Assembly (NCBI GenBank): GCA_002189035.1
Contig: NEEC01000358.1
Coordinates: 1-29,041, forward strand
DNA: 29,041 nt
Origin: Utricularia gibba
Lineage: Eukaryota; Plantae; Magnoliophyta
Direction: 5' to 3'
Shown here: positions 24,901 through 29,041 of the stretch, in pieces
How the letters are laid out: each line of letters starts with the position of its first letter
Position numbering within the stretch: position 1 is the stretch's first letter
Notes under the pieces: model-generated
Database searches by the model: none
What the model was told of the DNA's origin: nothing
Seen by the model: the letters and a program-made list of their open reading frames with translations, nothing else
Made by a program: the position numbers and the translations under genes

Positions 24901-27900
24901 GATCTCTGAACAAGCTCTGGGTGTGTCCCTACTGCAGCCTCATGGTGGCCTCGCACACCGTTCGGTATTTCGGCCATATCCTGAAAACCGTGATGAGTCA
25001 TGCTGCGCCCGGCATACCGTTTCGAACCCCTTTCCGTGCCGGTCAGCTTCCGTGTTGAAAGCTTCTTCGTCCGAGGATGCATCAAAGCTCGAATTATCGC
25101 CTTATCTTAGCCTTCAGATGTGCCACAAATTGGCCACCACGTTCGCGACGATGCGACTCGGAACACGAGAATCGACGCGATTGTGATTTTCGCTTGCAAA
25201 CATCTGCGTTTTATTGGATGACGTGAAGTATGGGTTTTCGAGGCGATCTCTGAACAAGCTCTGGGTGTGTCCCTACGCAGCCTCATGGTGGCCTCGCACA
25301 CCGTTCGGTATTCGGCCATATCCTGAAAACCGTGATGAGTCATGCTGCGCCCGGCATACCGTTTCGAACCCCTTTCCGTGCCGGTCAGCTTCCGTGTTGA
25401 AAGCTTCTTCGTCCGAGGATGCATCAAGCTCGAATTATCGCCTTATCTTAGCCTTCAGATGTGCCACAAATTTGGCCACCACGTTCGCGACGATGCGACT
25501 CGGAAAACGAGAATCGACGCGATTGTGATTTTCGCCTTGCAAAACATCTGCGTTTTATTGGGTGACGTGAAGTATGGGTTTAGGCGATCTCTGAACAAGC
25601 TCTGGGTGTGTCCCTACCTGCAGCCTCATGGTGGCCTCGCACACCGTTCGGTATTTCGGCCATATCCTGAAAACCGTGATGAGTCATGCTGCGCCCGGCA
25701 TACCGTTTCGAACCCCTTTCCGTGCCGGTCAGCTTCCGTGTTGAAAGCTTCTTCGTCCGAGGATGCATCAAAGCTCGAATTATCGCCTTATCTTAGCCTT
25801 TAGATGTGCCACAAATTGGCCACCACGTTCGCGACGATGCGACTCGGAACACGAGAATCGACGCGATTGTGATTTTCGCCTTGCAAAACATCTGCGTTTT
25901 ATTGGGTGACGTGAAGTATGGGTTTTCGAGGCGATCTCTGAACAAGCTCTGGGTGTGTCCCTACGCAGCCTCATGGTGGCCTCGCACACCGTTCGGTATT
26001 TCGGCCATATCCTGAAAACCGTGATGAGTCATGCTGCGCCCGGCATACCGTTTCGAACCCCTTTCCGTGCCGGTCAGCTTCCGTGTTGAAAGCTTCTTCG
26101 TCCGAGGATGCATCAAAGCTCGAATTATCGCCTTATCTTAGCCTTCAGATGTGCCACAAATTGGCCACCACGTTCGCGACGATGCGACTCGGAACGAGAA
26201 TCGACCGATTGTGATTTTCGCTTGCAAAACATCTGCGTTTTATTGGTGACGTGAAGTATGGGTTTTCGAGGCGATCTCTGAACAAGCTCTGGTGTGTCCC
26301 TACGTGCAGCCTCATGGTGGCCTCGCACACCGTTCGGTATTTCGGCCATATCCTGAAAACCGTGATGAGTCATGCTGCGCCCGGCATACCGTTTCGAACC
26401 CTTTCCGTGCCGGTCAGCTTCCGTGTTGAAAGCTTCTTCGTCCGAGGATGCATCAAGCTCGAATTATCGCCTTATCTTAGCCTTCAGATGTGCCACAAAT
26501 TGGCCACCACGTTCGCGACGATGCGACTCGGAAACGAGAATCGACGCGATTGTGATTTCGCCTTGCAAAACATGTGCGTTTTATTGGTGACGTGAAGTAT
26601 GGGTTTTCGAGGCGATCTCTGAACAAGCTCTGGGTGTGTCCCTACTGCAGCCTCATGGTGGCCTCGCACACCGTTCGGTATTTCGGCCATATCCTGAAAA
26701 CGTGATGAGTCAAGCTGCGCCGGCATACCGTTTCGAACCCCTTTCCGTGCCGGTCAGCTTCCGTGTTGAAAGCTTCTTCGTCCGAGGATGCATCAAAGCT
26801 CGAATTATCGCCTTATCTTAGCCTTCAGATGTGCCACAAATTGGCCACCACGTTCGCGACGATGCGACTCGGAAAACGAGAATCGACGCGATTGTGATTT
26901 TCGGTTGCAAACATCTGCGTTTTATTGGGTGACGTGAAGTATGGGTTTTCGAGGCGATCTCTGAACAAGCTCTGGGTGTGTCCCTACTGCAGCCTCATGG
27001 TGGCCTCGCACACCGTTCGTATTTCGGCCATATCCTGAAAACCGTGATGAGTCAAGCTGCGCCCGCATACCGTTTCGAACCCCTTTCCGTGCCGGTCAGC
27101 TTCCGTGTTGAAAGCTTCTTCGTCCGAGGATGCATCAAAGCTCGAATTATCGCCTTATCTTAGCCTTCAGATGTGCCACAAATTGCCACCACGTTCGCGA
27201 CGATGCGACTCGGAACACGAGAATCGACGCGATTGTGATTTTCGCCTTGCAAAACATCTGCGTTTTATTGGATGACGTGAAGTATGGGTTTTCGAGGCGA
27301 TCTCTGAACAAGCTCTGGGTGTGTCCCTACGTGCAGCCTCATGGTGGCCTCGCACACCGTTCGGTATTTCGGCCATATCCTGAAAACCGTGATGAGTCAT
27401 GCTGCGCCCCATACCGTTTCGAACCCCTTTCCGTGCCGGTCAGCTTCCGTGTTGAAAGCTTCTTCGTCCGAGGATGCATCAAAGCTCGAATTATCGCCTT
27501 ATCTTAGCCTTCAGATGTGCCACAAATTGGCCACCACGTTCGCGACGATGCGACTCGGAACACGAGAATCGACGCGATTGTGATTTTCGGCTTGCAAACA
27601 TCTGCGTTTTATTGGATGACGTGAAGTATGGGTTTTCGAGGCGATCTCTGAACAAGCTCTGGGTGTGTCCCTACTGCAGCCTCATGGTGCCTCGCACACC
27701 GTTCGGTATTTCGGCCATATCCTGAAAACCGTGATGAGTCATGCTGCGCCGGCATACCGTTTCGAACCCCTTTCCGTGCCGGTCAGCTTCCGTGTTGAAA
27801 GCTTCTTCGTCCGAGGATGCATCAAGCTCGAATTATCGCCTTATCTTAGCCTTCAGATGTGCCACAAATTGGCCACCACGTTCGCGACGATGCGACTCGG

Positions 27901-29041
27901 AACACGAGAATCGACGCGATTGTGATTTTCGCCTTGCAAACATCTGCGTTTTATTGGATGACGTGAAGTATGGGTTTTCGAGGCGATCTCTGAACAAGCT
28001 CTGGGTGTGTCCCTACGCAGCCTCATGGTGGCCTCGCACACCGTTCGGTATTTCGGCCATATCCTGAAACCGTGATGAGTCATGCTGCGCCCGCATACCG
28101 TTTCGAACCCCTTTCCGTGCCGGTCAGCTTCCGTGTTGAAAGCTTCTTCGTCCGAGGATGCATCAGAGCTCGAATTATCGCCTTATCTTAGCCTTCAGAT
28201 GTGCCACAAATTGGCCACCACGTTCGCGACGATGCGACTCGGAACACGAGAATCGACGCGATTGTGATTTTCGGCTTGCAAAACATCTGCGTTTTATTGG
28301 ATGACGTGAAGTATGGGTTTTCGAGGCGATCTCTGAACAAGCTCTGGGTGTGTCCCTACCTGCAGCCTCATGGTGGCCTCGCACACCGTTCGGTATTCGG
28401 CCATATCCTGAAAACCGTGATGAGTCATGCTGCGCCCGGCATACCGTTTCGAACCCCTTTCCGTGCCGGTCAGCTTCCGTGTTGAAAGCTTCTTCGTCCG
28501 AGGATGCATCAAAGCTCGAATTATCGCCTTATCTTAGCCTTCAGATGTGCCACAAATTGGCCACCACGTTCGCGACGATGCGACTCGGAAAACGAGAATC
28601 GACCCGATTGTGATTTTCGGTTTGCAAAACATCTGCGTTTTATTGGTTGACGTGAAGTATGGGTTTTCGAGGCGATCTCTGAACAAGCTCTGGGTGTGTC
28701 CCTACCGCAGCCTCATGGTGGCCTCGCACACCGTTCGGTATTTCGGCCATATCCTGAAAACCGTGATGAGTCATGCTGCGCCCGGCATACCGTTTCGAAC
28801 CCCTTTCCGTGCCGGTCAGCTTCCGTGTTGAAAGCTTCTTCGTCCGAGGATGCATCAAAGCTCGAATTATCGCCTTATCTTAGCCTTCAGATGTGCCACA
28901 AATTGGCCACCACGTTCGCGACGATGCGACTCGGAAAACGAGAATCGACCCGATTGTGATTTTCGGGTTGCAAACATCTGCGTTTATTGGGTGACGTGAA
29001 GTATGGGTTTTCGAGGCGATCTCTGAACAAGCTCTGGGTGT

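Larger units (their letters stand above)
1..29041. repeat. Tandem satellite DNA array, ~346-bp monomer, 85 complete copies plus two partial copies, all head-to-tail
   Basis: The anchor GATGTGCCAC(AAATTGG) recurs throughout (174, 517, 854, 1196 ... 7701, 8047 ... 28547, 28893). Identical ORFs recur at a 346-bp offset (7701/8047, 7794/8140, 28201/28547). No unique sequence or inversion is seen. The array runs off both window ends. Confidence 0.99.

Noticed and set aside
131-28959. Hundreds of short ORFs on both strands (e.g. 94-aa 'MPQIGHHVRDD...', 72-aa 'MMHPRTKK...', 249 aa at 23890-24639, 213 aa at 5790-6431)
   Set aside because: All are translations of the same repeat. The monomer length is not a multiple of 3, and the longer ORFs are mosaics made by chance indels that switch frames. 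There is no recognisable domain and no frame conservation between copies.
1-29041. CRISPR array or other repeat-spacer system
   Set aside because: There are no unique spacers; the entire unit is repeated. No cas or other gene lies in the window.
1-29041. Strictly periodic higher-order repeat
   Set aside because: Spacing of marker alleles (CATGTG, TACGTG, GGAGCATC, GAGTCAAG) is irregular by eye. Consensus noise could hide a true period, so only irregular subfamily structure is claimed.
1-29041. Rolling-circle/concatemer artefact of one small circular molecule, or a synthetic construct
   Set aside because: Recurrent linked substitution haplotypes and microhomology deletions indicate distinct template copies. 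The several 6-bp restriction sites are about what CpG-rich sequence can give by chance. It cannot be fully excluded without raw reads.

Overview
The whole 29,041-bp window is one uninterrupted head-to-tail tandem array (satellite DNA) with a ~346-bp monomer of ~52% GC. Taking 'GTGCCACAAATTGG' as the monomer start, I count 85 complete monomers from 174 to 28892, plus partial units at both ends, all in one orientation. I see no credible protein-coding gene, RNA gene, transposon insertion or CRISPR array. Every ORF in the track is the same repeat read in different frames. I do not recognise the satellite family or the host. Points of interest: (i) the monomer looks like a diverged dimer of ~173-bp subunits, and one copy has lost almost exactly one half-unit; (ii) linked variant haplotypes suggest subfamilies or an irregular higher-order repeat; (iii) structural variants cluster at 17.1-19.0 kb; (iv) each monomer carries a perfect minus-strand Pol III B-box consensus and bZIP-type motifs. 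A major caveat: many 1-bp deletions fall exactly on polymorphic columns, so part of the variation is probably long-read consensus artefact. I did not find a new gene-based system here.
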